Shown here: positions 13,189-24,396 of the stretch, piece by piece
How the letters are laid out: every line of letters begins with the position of its first letter
Position numbering within the stretch: position 1 is the stretch's first letter
Source of the DNA: Phaeosaccion multiseriatum
Taxonomy: Eukaryota; Protista; Ochrophyta, other classes
Assembly: GCA_965112735.1 (NCBI GenBank)
Contig: OZ218953.1
Coordinates: 1,178,001-1,242,000, forward strand
DNA length: 64,000 nucleotides
Direction of reading: 5' to 3'
Program-made: the position numbers and the translations under genes
Notes under the pieces: generated by a model
What the model saw: only the letters and a program-made list of their open reading frames with translations
What the model was told of the DNA's origin: nothing
Databases searched by the model: none

Positions 13189-14299
13189 TCAGTTACTCCC
13201 GCTGCCGCTGCCGCTGCCGCTGCCGCTCCCACTCGAGGACGAGTACTTCTTGGGGGGAATAACTGGGTCGGAGTAGACAGGCTGCCGAGAGAGAAGGACG
13301 AGGAGGAGGCGGGTTGGTGTGAGGACAGTGACGAGGAGAATGGAGGCAGCACAATAACGAGGACAATGGAGGTCCGACTTCACTCCCTTTCCCTCTTACC
13401 TTGTGATGGATCACCACGGGATACGGCTAAGCAGAAGAAGCGTTGGGAGCAAGTTGAGTGTGTGAAGTAAGAGAACAGAGGAGCATTATAGAGCAAGAGA
13501 GCAGTTTACAAGGATAGAAGCTCACCTTGTAGCGTGTGAACTCGGGGTAGTGTCCACCCTTGGTCTTCTTGTACTTCGAGGCCCCGTAGTAGCCCTTGCC
13601 GTATCCGCCCCAGCCACCATAGCCTCCGCGGCTCCCAGATCCGGATCCGCTGCCTGACGCAGAGCCAGAGCCAGAGCCAGAGCCAGAGCTGGACTTGCCT
13701 CCGTACCACTTGTGGTGATAGACAGGGTAGTGGACTGTCTTGAGGAAGTAGGGGGCGTGCTGGTGAACGACGCCCGGCCCCCCGCCGTAACCGCCAAGCT
13801 GTCGGTGCCCGGAGCCGCTGCCGCTCGAGGAGGAGTACTTCTTGGGGGGAATAACTGGGTCGGAGTAGACAGGCTGCCGAGAGAGAGGGGATGAGGCGGA
13901 GCGGGTTGGTGTGAGTGCGGGGACGACGGTGAGGAGGAGAATGGAGGATAACGAGGGCGATGGAGGTCCGACTTCACTCCCTCTCCCTCTCTTACCTTGT
14001 GATGGATCACCACGGGATACGGCTAGGCAGAAGAAGCGTTGAGCGAGAGGGATCACGGGAGCAAATGACAAGAGAGTGAGGCGAGTGAGTGAAGTAAGAG
14101 AACAGAGGAGCATTATAGGGTAGAAGCTCACACAGAGGCGCATTATAGGGTAGAAGCTCACACCTTGTAGCGTGTGAACTCGGGGTAATGTCCACCCTTG
14201 GTCTTCTTGTACTTCGAGGCCCCGTAGCCCCTGCCGTATCCGCCCCAGCCACCATAGCCTCCGCGGCTCCCAGATCCGGATCCGCTGCCTGACGCAGAG

Positions 14300-14330
<31 letters not shown>

Positions 14331-14535
14331 TGGACTTGCCTCCGTACCACTTATGGTGATAGACAGGGTAGTGGACTGTCTTGAGGAAGTAGGGGGCGTG
14401 CTGGTGAACAACGCCCGGCCCGCCGCCGTACCCGGCGGGCAGCTTACGGGGGACGAGCTTCTGCTCCTCCTGCGCCTCCCCGGCGCAGAGGCCCACGAGG
14501 GCCAGGATGGTGGTGGTGAAGGCGGCGAGCTTCAT
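13189..14535 (-). CDS. A1: secreted two-module Tyr/His/Lys/Ser/Gly-rich protein with RXL motifs (silaffin/cingulin-like), ~288 aa
   Basis: Exons 14535-14164, 14022-13996 (27-bp microexon PYPVVIHHK), 13873-13526, 13426-13400 and 13281-13189, all phase 0 with GT-AG. Signal-like MKLAAFTTTILALVGLCAG, propeptide EAQEEQKLVPRKL, internal HRQL. Confidence 0.85.
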
Positions 14536-14658
14536 GGCTAGATGAAAGTTGTGAGCGTGGGGCTCTCCCTCCCGGGCGTGTCATAGAAGCATGCCCTTGA
14601 CATGCAAAATGAGCTCCTGGAAATGAAGCCCGTTTTGAATCACTATTCAAACTCTCCC

Positions 14659-14666
14659 TTTTTATA
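14659..14666 (-). promoter_or_regulatory. Candidate TATA box of A1
   Basis: TATAAAAA about 125 bp upstream of the ATG, conserved at the equivalent position for A2 (19010-19017, -) and A3 (45457-45464, +). Confidence 0.4.
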
Positions 14667-16237
14667 CTTCGTTGAAGGCGAGAGAACACTTTGTGCTATT
14701 CCCCACGTCATTGGCCCTTTCTTCGTTGGAGAGCAGCAGCCTGCGTGCTGGACAAACCGCCGCCACAGTCCCCACACCTCTTCACCGGCTCACGCCTTGT
14801 AGCGAGAAAGTACAAGCATGCCTGCCACTAGGTTGGAGGTCATCGCTCGGATAGGAGCGACACCGAGGCTGAGCGAGAGCCAAGGGGATCGTCAAGAAGC
14901 CCTTGGGGCGGGCGGGCTGGGTAGACGAATGGTACCACGAGAGGAGGAGTTCGGCAGACGGCATGGCCTACCAATCAAGCTTTCTGTTGGCACGAGGGAC
15001 GTAGAGCAGCCTAGTGGGAAATGCGGAGAGCAGTGCCATCTCTCTATACGGCTTAATGGCGTTCTTCCACTTGTGGTAAAATGTCAATGCAAGACCGACC
15101 AATCCATCGCGACGCGAGCTGCTCCTCCTGTGTCATGCTCTTTCGTCAGACATGCCGCCGCCTGAGGCGGACATTCCAGCCCTACGGGGGGCGATCAACG
15201 GCAGTCTCGGCTTCAATACTTGTATACTCGCGCGAAGTGCCAGTTTTGGGTCTGTGCATTGGTGCTCTCCCCCATCCCCTCAAAAGAGCAGGCTACTATT
15301 CATGCTGCACAGATGGCGAAGTTGAAGAAGAAGGTCCCCCGTCCCGACCCTTGTGCGTCTGACGGAAGGTCGAGTCTCTGCTCCTGATGCAGACTGTTGC
15401 AGACTCTTGCAGGTCCAAGCGCCCCAACGCGAGTCAGCGCCTTGCCCACACACACCTTGCCCACCCACGCCCTGCCTACAGCAGCTTGTGCCTCGCATCC
15501 CCGCAACAGTGCTATGCCGGTGATCCCTTAGAGCAGGAGATGCAACACCTGTCCATGCCCGCCTTTCCCAGCAAGGGGCAGAGCGACTCGACAGAGGGTC
15601 AGGCCGTCATGCCGATGTGCCTCTACGCCTGCTCACGAAGACCTGCCGCATGTGCCTTCTGTGTGGCCCCAAAGAGGCGATCTCTCTTCCAAAACCATAC
15701 TGGAAGTGCTCACTTCTGCAGTGCGCGAAGCCGATGCTAAGAAGCGAGCGAGTGTTGCGTGCAGTCAAGGTGCCGGCAAAAACTCGAGAGCGAAAGCCCA
15801 ACAGCTCTTATCGGGAAACAATGAAGTACCTTCGTTGCTGCAAGGAATTGCTCGCCCCACTCTTCGTCCTGCGCAAAGATCCTCCTCTCCATGGGGGATG
15901 TTCGCCATAGTGCACACTTTCCCCCCTGCAGTGGCACTCCCGCGGTGGACAAGCTTCCTCCGCTTCCTAAGCTGCTACTGCAGCCTGTGGTATGGATGTT
16001 CTCTCTGTTGCCATCATGACGAAGGGGAGCTGCGCAGGGAGAGCGATGCTCGCGGAGAGAGCAGATACCGGGAGGGGAAGTGGGCGTGGAAGAGGCCCAA
16101 TCTGGAGCAGCAAAAAGGGTTCCTTGGAAATGTGCTCTGGTAAATGGCGCTTGACACCTCGCCACACAAGCCCCCTCTCTGCTCACAATCACTCTTCCCC
16201 TGCAAGCAACCACCCCCAAAACCAACCCACACTCAAG

Positions 16238-17011
16238 ATGCAGGTTCTCCAAGTGCTCATGGCCCTCGCAGCCGCCCTCGCTTTTGCCACCAGCGCCAGC
16301 GTGCCCATTACGGACGCCGCCACTGCGGAAGAGACCAACCAACGCGAGCTGTAAGTGGTCCTCAAGGCGCGTCGTTTCTGCTTTTTTGCGTCTCTTAGAA
16401 CCGTGCCGCTCCTCCTTTTCATTGCTGTTGGCCTCGATTCTCACGTTGAGTGCGTCCCTCGCCTTTCGTCCCGTGTCTCATGCTGCACTCGTAGTCACTA
16501 TGGACGCAGCTCATCGGGCTCCAAGTCTTACGGCAGGGGCTGGGGCCGCGGCTACGGCAGGGGCTGGGGCCACGGCTACGGCAGGGGCTGGGGCTCCTCG
16601 CTCTCCTCCTCGGGCTCCAAGTCTTCCTCGGGTGGACGCTTCTATGGCAGGGGCTGGGGCCACGGCTACGGCAGGGGCTGGGGCTCCTCGCTCTCCGCCT
16701 CGGGATCCAAGTCTTCTTCAGGATCCAAGTCCTCGGGTAGTGGACACTTCTACGGCAGGGGCTGGGGCTCCTCCTCCTCCAAGTCTTCCTCGGGTAGCTC
16801 AGGCTCCTCCTCGGGCTCCAAGTCTTCCTCGGGTAGCTCGGGCTCCTCCTCCTCCAAGTCTTCATCCTCCAAGTCTTCCTCGGGATCCTCCTCCTCCAAG
16901 TCTTCCTCGGGTAGCTCAGGCTCCTCCTCGGGCTCCAAATCTTCCTCGGGTAGCTCATCCTCCAAGTCTTCCTCGGGTAGCTCAGGCTCCTCCTCCAAGG
17001 GTGCATGGTAA
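16238..17011 (+). CDS. B1: secreted Trp/Tyr/Arg-Gly repeat plus Ser/Lys-rich protein with REL propeptide, ~209 aa
   Basis: Exon 1 16238-16350 (MQVLQVLMALAAALAFATSASVPITDAATAEETNQREL), GTAAGT..TAG intron, exon 2 16495-17011 (six YGRGWG units, SSKSSSG repeats, ends KGAW*). Confidence 0.85.
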
Positions 17012-17477
17012 AGAGACCAGGACAGGACTACGAGTAAGCGAGCAGCACATGCACCTCGCGTAACGATTGAATGAAACGATTTAAGCCACGCTTCTTCTGC
17101 CCCCCTTCGCAACCTTGTCATATAAACTCTGCGATGCACTCTGCGATGCACCTCCGTCCTTTCGCGTCGTTTGCGATGCTCTCGCAGTTTGAGATGCACC
17201 TTCTCGCTTGCTTCGCGTCAAGCAGCAGCGGTGACTCTCCCTACGTAAGCCCCCGCTCTCCATTCTCTTTAGCAACCAAACCCTTGAGCTTCTCAGGAAG
17301 TCATGGAGTCCTAGACCTTGACGGAAGCCAACAGCGCGTGTGCATGGAAACTTCGTGGTGTGTCAAAATTGTTTCGATTAACTTAAAATGCAAGTTTCGC
17401 CAATATGGAATACAATTCAATGCGGCCATTGGCTCGACCGTCAAGGAAAGGTTTGTGGGCTTCAAGGTGAGCCCGCT

Positions 17478-18005
17478 TCAGTTACTCCCGCTGCCGCTGC
17501 CGCTGTCGCTGCCGCTGCCGCTGTCGCTGCCGCTGTCGCTCCCGCTCGAGGACGAGTACTTCTTGGGGGGAATAACTGGGTCGGAGTAGACAGGCTGCCG
17601 AGAGAGAAGGACGAGGAGGAGGCGGGTTGGTGTGAGGACAGTGACGAGGAGAATGGACGCAGGACAAGAACGAGGACAATGGAGGTCCGACTTCACTCCC
17701 TTTCTATCTCACCTTGTGATGGATCACCACGGGATACGGCTGAGCAGAAGAAGCGTTGAGCGAGAGGGATCACGGGAGCAAGACAAGAGAGTGGGGCGAG
17801 TGAGTGAAGCAAGAGAAAGGAAGGGAGAAGAGAGCAAGAGAGTAGCTAACAAGGGTAGAAGCTCACCTTGTAGCGTGTGAACTCGGGGTAATGTCCACCC
17901 TTGGTCTTCTTGTACTTCGAGGCCCCGTAATAGCCCTTGCCGTATCCGCCCCAGCCGCCATAGCCTCCGCGGCTCCCAGATCCGGATCCGCTGCCTGACG
18001 CAGAG

Positions 18006-18042
<37 letters not shown>

Positions 18043-18881
18043 TGGACTTTCCTCCGTACCACTTGTGGTGATAGACAGGGTAGTGGACTGTCTTGAGGAA
18101 GTAGGGGGCATGCTGGTGAACTACGCCCGGCCCGCCGTATTTCCCGCCAAGCTGTCGGCGCCCGGAGCCGCTGCCGCTCGAGGAGGAGTACTTCTTGGGG
18201 GGGATGACAGGGTCGGAGTAGACAGGCTGGCGAGAGAGAGTGGACGAGGCGGGTGCGAGTTGATGTGGGTACGGGGAGGACAGTGACGAGTGACAATGGA
18301 GGCAGGACAATAACGAGGGCAATGGAGGTCCGACGTCGCTCCCTTTCCCTCTCTTACCTTGTGATGGATCACCACGGGATACGGCTAAGCAGAAGAAGCG
18401 TTGAGCGAGAGGGATCACGGAAGCAAGTGACACAGAGAGTGAGGCGAGTGAGTGAAGTAAGAGAACAGAGGAGCATTATAGAGCAAGAGAGCAGTTTACA
18501 AGGGTAGAAGCTCACCTTGTAGCGTGTGAACTCGGGGTAATGTCCCCCCTTGGTCTTCTTGTACTTCGAGGCCCCGTAGTAGCCCTTGCCGTATCCGCCC
18601 CAGCCACCATAGCCTCCGCGGCTCCCAGATCCGGATCCGCTGCCTGACGCAGAGCCAGAGCCAGAGCCAGAGCCAGAGCTGGACTTTCCTCCGTACCACT
18701 TGTGGTGATAGACAGGGTAGTGGACTGTCTTGAGGAAGTAGGGGGCGTGCTGGTGAACGACGCCCGGCCCGCCGTATTTGCCGCCCAGCTTACGGGGGAC
18801 GAGCTTCTGCTCCTCCTGCGCCTCCCCGGCGCAGAGGCCCACGAGGGCCAGGATGGTGGTGGTGAAGGCGGCGAGCTTCAT
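17478..18881 (-). CDS. A2: paralog of A1, ~298 aa
   Basis: Exons 18881-18516, 18384-18358, 18226-17867, 17739-17713 and 17594-17478; motifs VPRKL and GRRQL. Confidence 0.85.
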
Positions 18882-20615
18882 GGCTAGATGAAAGTTGTGA
18901 GTGTGGGGCTCTCCCTCCCAGGCCGTGTGTCATAGAACCATGCCCTTGACATGCAAAAATGAGCTCCTGGAAAAGGAACCCTTTTTGAATCACTATTCAA
19001 CACTCTCCCTTTTTATACTTCGTTGAAGGCGAGAGAACATCGTTGGCCTTTTCTTCGTTGGAGAGCAGCAGCCTGCGTGCTGGACAAACCGCCGCCACAG
19101 TCCCCACACCTCTTCACCGGCTCACTTGCTTGAGTAGCGTCTGCAGTGGACGACGAAGATCCAAACGAGCTCAGGCCTTGTGGCGAGAAAGTACAAGCAT
19201 GCCTGCCACTAGGTTGGAGGTCATCACTCGGACAGGAGCGGCACCGAGGCTGAGCGAGAGCCAAGGGGATCGTCAAGAAGCCCTTGGGGCGGGCGGGCTG
19301 GGTAGACGCATGGTACCACGAGAGGAGGAGTTCGGCAGACGGCATGTCCTACCAATCGAGCTTTCTGTTGGCACGAGGGACGTAGAGCAGCCGAGTGGGA
19401 AATGCGGAGAGCGGTGCCATCTCTCTATACGGCTTCATGGCGTTCTTCCACTTGTGGTAAAATGTCAATACAAGACCGACCAATCCATCGCGACGCGAGC
19501 TGCTCCTCCTGTGTCATGCTCTTTCGTCAGACATGCCGCCGCCTGAGGCGGACATTCCAGCCCTACGGGGGGCGATCAACGGCAGTCTCGGCTTCAATAC
19601 TTGTATACTCGCGCGAAGTGCCAGTTTTGGGTCTGTGCATTGGTGCTCTCCCCCCCCCCCCTCAAAAGAGCAGGCTACTATTCCTGCTGCACAGATGGCG
19701 AAGTTGAGGAAGAAGGTCCCCCGTCCCGACCCTTGTGCGTCTGACGGAAGGTCGAGCCTCTGCTGCTGATGCAGACTGTTGCAGACTCTTGCACGTCCAA
19801 GCGCCCCAACGCGAGTCAGCGCCTTGCCCACACACACCTTGCCCACCCACGCCCTGCCCACACCAGCTTGTGCCTCGCATCCCCGTGACAGCGCTATGCC
19901 GGTGATCCCTTAGAGCAGGAGATGCAACACATGTCCAAGCCCGCCTTTCCCAGCAAGGGGCAGAGCGACTCGACAGAGGGTCAGGCCGTCATGCCGATGT
20001 GCCTCTGCGCCTGCTCACGAAGACCTGCCGCATGTGCCTTCTGTGTGGCCCCAAAGAGGCGATCTCTCTTCCAAAACCATACTGGAAGTGGCTTCTGCAG
20101 TGCGCGAAGCCGATGCTAAGAAGCGAGCGAGTGTTGCGTGCAGTCAAGGTGCCGGCAAGAACTCGAGAGCGAAAGCCCAACAGCTTATCGGGAAGCAATG
20201 AAGTACCTTCGTTGCTGCAAGGAATTGCTCGCCCCACTCTTCGTCCTGCGCAAAGATCCTCCTCTCCATGGGGGATGTTCGCCATAGTGCACACTTTCCC
20301 CCCTGCAGTGGCACTCCCGCGGTGGACAAGCTTCCTCCGCTTCCTAAGCTACTACTGCAGCCTGTGGTATGGATGTTCTCTCTGTTGCCATCATGACGAA
20401 GGGGAGCTGCGCAAGGACAGCGATGCTCGCGGAGAGAGCAGATACCGGGAGGGGAAGTGGGTGTGGAAGAGGCCCAATCTGGAGCAGCAAAAAGGGTTCC
20501 TTGGAAATGTGCTCTGGTAAAATGGCGCTTGACACCTCGCCACACAAGCCCCCTCTCAGCTCACAATCACTCTTCCCCTGCAAGCAACCACCCCTAAGAC
20601 CAACCCACTCTCAAG

Positions 20616-21295
20616 ATGCAGGTTCTCCAAGTGCTCATGGCCCTCGCAGCCGCCCTCGCTTTTGCCACCAGCGCCAGCGTGCCCATTACGGACGCCGCCA
20701 CTGCGGAAGACACCAACCAACGCGAGCTGTAAGTGGTCCTCAAGGCGCGTCGTTTCTGCTTTTTTGCGTCTCTTAGAACCGTGCCGCTCCTCCTTTCATT
20801 GCTGTTGGCCTCGATTCTCACGTTGAGTGCGTCCCTCGTCTGTCGTCCCGTGTCTCATGCTGCACTCGTAGTCACTATGGACGCAGCTCATCGGGCTCCA
20901 AGTCATACGGCAGGGGCTGGGGCCGCGGCTACGGCAGGGGCTGGGGCCACGGCTACGGCAGGGGCTGGGGCTCCTCGCTCTCCTCCTCGGGCTCCAAGTC
21001 TTCCTCGGGTGGACGCTTCTATGGCAGGGGCTGGGGCCACGGCTACGGCAGGGGCTGGGGCTCCTCGCTCTCCGCCTCGGGATCCAAGTCTTCTTCAGGA
21101 TCCAAGTCCTCGGGTAGTGGACACTTCTACGGCAGGGGCTGGGGCTCCTCCTCCTCCAAGTCTTCCTCGGGTAGCTCAGGCTCCTCCTCGGGCTCCAAGT
21201 CTTCCTCGGGTAGCTCGGGCTCCTCCTCCTCCAAGTCTTCATCCTCCAAGTCTTCCTCGAGTAGCTCGGGCTCCTCCTCCAAGGGTGCATGGTAA
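20616..21295 (+). CDS. B2: paralog of B1 with a shorter Ser/Lys tail, ~178 aa
   Basis: Exons 20616-20728 and 20872-21295, same intron position, ends KGAW-TAA. Confidence 0.85.
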
Positions 21296-21767
21296 AGAGA
21301 CCAGGACAGGACTCCGAGTAAGCGAGCAGCACATGCACCTCGCGTAACGATTCAATGAAACGATCTGCCCCCTCCGCGGCCATGGCCATAGAAGTCCTTT
21401 GCGAGCACCGCCGTCCTTTCGTGTCGTTTGTCGCAGTTTGAGATGCACCTTCTGGCTTGCTTCGCGTCACAAATCAGCAGCGGTTATTCTCCCTACGACG
21501 TGTAAGCCCCCGCTCTCCATTCTCTTGGCAACCAACCCCTTGTGCTTGTGGAGTCCTGACCTTGACGAAGCAGCTGAGCAGACAGAGCATCACGTGGGCC
21601 TGGAGACTTCAAGTGATGAGACTTGCAGCGTGATGTGTCAAAACTGTTTGATTTTAAAGTGACTCGGTTACGTTACTCGGTGGTTGCCTTGCTTGATTAA
21701 GTTACTTGGTGTTTGCCAGTATGTAGTAGCCACTCGCGAGACTTGTGATACGGAAAGGGTGCGGGCT

Positions 21768-22677
21768 TCAGTTTGAGCCACTGTTGGAAGCAGAGCTGCC
21801 GGATGACGAGGACGAGTCGCCGGAAGAAGAGTACTTCTTGGGGGCGATGACGTGGTCACTGTAGACAGGCCAATGATTCACTTGGACTTTGTATGGCTGA
21901 GGGAGGGTGAGAGAGGCCAACAGCGGCGCGTGGGTGTGCGTGCAGAAATCAGAGATCAACCGCAAGCCGAATAGCGGTTCGGATGGAGAGGAACGAGCCG
22001 CCAAAATCAATGAAGAGGAGCAAAGTCAAGCCCTCTCTCACTCTCTTTAGCTCCCCCCCTCACCTTGTAGCGAGTGAACTCAGGGTAGTGCCCGCCTTTC
22101 GTCTTCTTGTAGCGAGTGGCGCCGTACATGCCCCCATAGCCACTGTACCCCGAGCTTGGGCCAGAGCCAGAGGACTTCGAGCCAGAGGAGCTGGAGCCAG
22201 AGGAGCTAGAGCCACTGCTGGACTTTCCTTCATGCCACTTGTGGTGATGGACGGAGAGCATCTATATGAATACAGGGGATCAAAGGTATGCCTCCCTCCG
22301 TTCCTCCCTCGCTACCCCCCTTGACTCACCTTGTAGCGTGTGAACTCAGGGTAGTGCCCTCCCTTCGTCTTCTTGTAGTGAGAGGCGCCATAGCCACCGG
22401 AGCCCTTGGACGAGGACCCGTAGCCCTTGGAGAATCCGCTTCCTCTGCTTGACGAGGAAGAAGCGCTGCTGCCCGAGCTACTGGACTTGCCCCCGCTGTG
22501 CCACTTATGGTAATAGACTGGGTAATGCACTGTCTTGAGGTAGTAGGGGACGTGCTGGTGAACCACGCCGGGCTTGCCGCCAAGCTTGCGCGGCACGAGC
22601 TTCTGCTCCTGCTGCACCTCGCCGGTGCAGAGGCCTACGAGGGCCAGGATGGTGGCGGCAAAGGCGGTGACCTTCAT
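21768..22677 (-). CDS. C1: diverged A-type paralog with an internal ~325-bp deletion; intact via cryptic splicing, or a pseudogene
   Basis: Exon 1 22677-22330 (MKVTAFAATILALVGLCTGEVQQEQKLVPRKL...), exon 2 remnant 22261-22064, exon 3 21896-21768. The normal exon-2 acceptor seen in C2 is missing. Confidence 0.65.
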
Positions 22678-24396
22678 GGCTGGCAAGTATGCAAAAGAAG
22701 TGGTTGTGGCTTCGCCTGCATCTCCCCTCAAGCCGTGTCACCAAATGCTAGAGCCGTGATGTGCAGAACAGACCCCCGTTCCCTCCGAAGAACCCTTTTG
22801 ATCGTACCACCAACAGCTTTTCCCCAGGAAGATCGCTCACCCATAATAACCTCTTCACTGGAAGACTGTGGCCGTACCAGCGTGTGCGGTCGATAACGAA
22901 GATCCATACGAGCTCGGGCCCCGTAGCGACAAAGTACAGGCGCGCCTCGCAACTGTGTTGGAAGCTGAAAAGAGGGAGCTTGCCGCGGCGACAGTACCGA
23001 GGGCTCCCAGAGAGCCAGTCAAGGAAGGCATCAACAGAGGCAGGCGAGCGGAACGCTTGGGGCGGCTAGGGCTGGGTAGACGGTTAGCATCACTAGAAGG
23101 GCGATACACGATCAGAGAAGGGGGTCGGCTGACGAGTCCAGCTATTCTGTGGGCACGAGGACAGTCTGAGGGAGGCGAGTTCTTGGGAGGATTTGGGGGA
23201 TGTGCAGCAGCCGAGCGGGAGATAAGGAGGACGGTGCCATCTCTCGATCGCTCTCACAAGCTCTATTCCACTACTCGTGAAACGTCAATGCAACACATCA
23301 AGGAAACATCGCAATGCGAACTGCTGCTCCTATATTTCACCCTTCGCCAGACATTCCCTGCCTCACTTGGGCATCCCAGCCCTCAGTCCTCAGCTTTCAG
23401 CTAATGAAGTCGCGCGTCTCATGAGTAGCTTGGGCGCAAGGTGCAGTTGTGGGTGTGGCATTTGTGCTCGCTCTCCCTCCAAAGAGCCAGGTTTGCTGTC
23501 CGAGCAACACCGCTTTGGCTGCTGCACGGGCATGTTGAGGGCGGGCGTCCCCCGACCCTTCCCTGTGACGGTAGCCTCAGCCTCGGCTGCTGCTGAGGCT
23601 AATCTTCTCCTACAAATAGAGCTCCACCATTTGGGAATACCAACGGGGGGTGCGCGCCCTGCACGGAACATTCTGGGACGAACTGGCAGGAAGCAAGTCG
23701 CGAGGTGGGCAGAGAGCAGTGGAGGGTTCGCTCTCCCCGCTCCTCAGAGCGCTGGCCACCGCTGTCCCGTCCCTGTAGTCTCCTCCTGGATACACTCCTT
23801 TCTTCCAGCTCGCAGACACGCCCCCCCCCCTCTGAGCTACAGAATGCGCAGATCCACATAGCCTACAACTGTACCGTCGCACCGAGAAGGGCGCGAGTGT
23901 TGCGGTGAGCTGCTGGCGTGTACGCATAACAGCTTCTCGCGTGCAGTAGAGGCCCCTCCAGGGGCGCTGAGCCTTCCAATGTGCCCCCCCAGCACCGCAC
24001 AAGGGCCGGGCCGAAAGAGGGGAGCGGCTGCTGCTGCGGGTATGATGACCACGTGGCGTGGGCTCACAGAGGCTCAACGCCACAGCAGATGGCCGCAACA
24101 CACCACGCGGGGCCATATGCCTCGGAAGGAATGCACGCTGCGTTGTCCGCGTTGCCCAGCAGCCTCAGCGGCCACCTCAACAGCAAAGCTCGCGACGAGG
24201 ACGACGACGACGACAAGGAGGAGGAGGGGGAGGAGGAGGAGGAGGAGGAGGAGGAGGAGGAGGAGGGCAGGACTGACGGGCACGTCCAACCCCCCCTCCT
24301 CACATACCAAGCCCATCACGACCATCCTTGGACCCTCCCTCTCTCTGCACGCCCTCGTCCGCCATTGTCTACATGCAGGTCTATGACGCGCCGAGC

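Larger units (their letters stand above)
13086..21650. repeat. Two tandem ~4.3-kb units, each holding a divergent A-type and B-type gene pair
   Basis: gattaacttaa..atgca.gtttcgccaatatggaatac starts unit 1 at 13086 and unit 2 at 17376. Genes, introns and the 1.7-kb intergenic region are all repeated. Confidence 0.9.
15764..23302 (+). repeat. Left arm of a large inverted segmental duplication
   Basis: Reverse complement matches 40711-48657: gtcaaggtgccggcaaaa at one end, gtcaatgcaacac..atcaag at the other, and gene order is mirrored. Confidence 0.9.

Noticed and set aside
14436-14535. Oomycete RXLR-dEER effector interpretation of the RXL motifs
   Set aside because: The motifs are RKL, RQL and REL without the fourth Arg or a downstream EER, they recur internally, and the products are low-complexity repeats rather than effector-like domains.
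14600-16230. Many 60-235-aa ORFs in the A-B spacer and its copies
   Set aside because: Frames and lengths differ between near-identical copies because of indels, and no motifs are recognisable, so the region is treated as non-coding.
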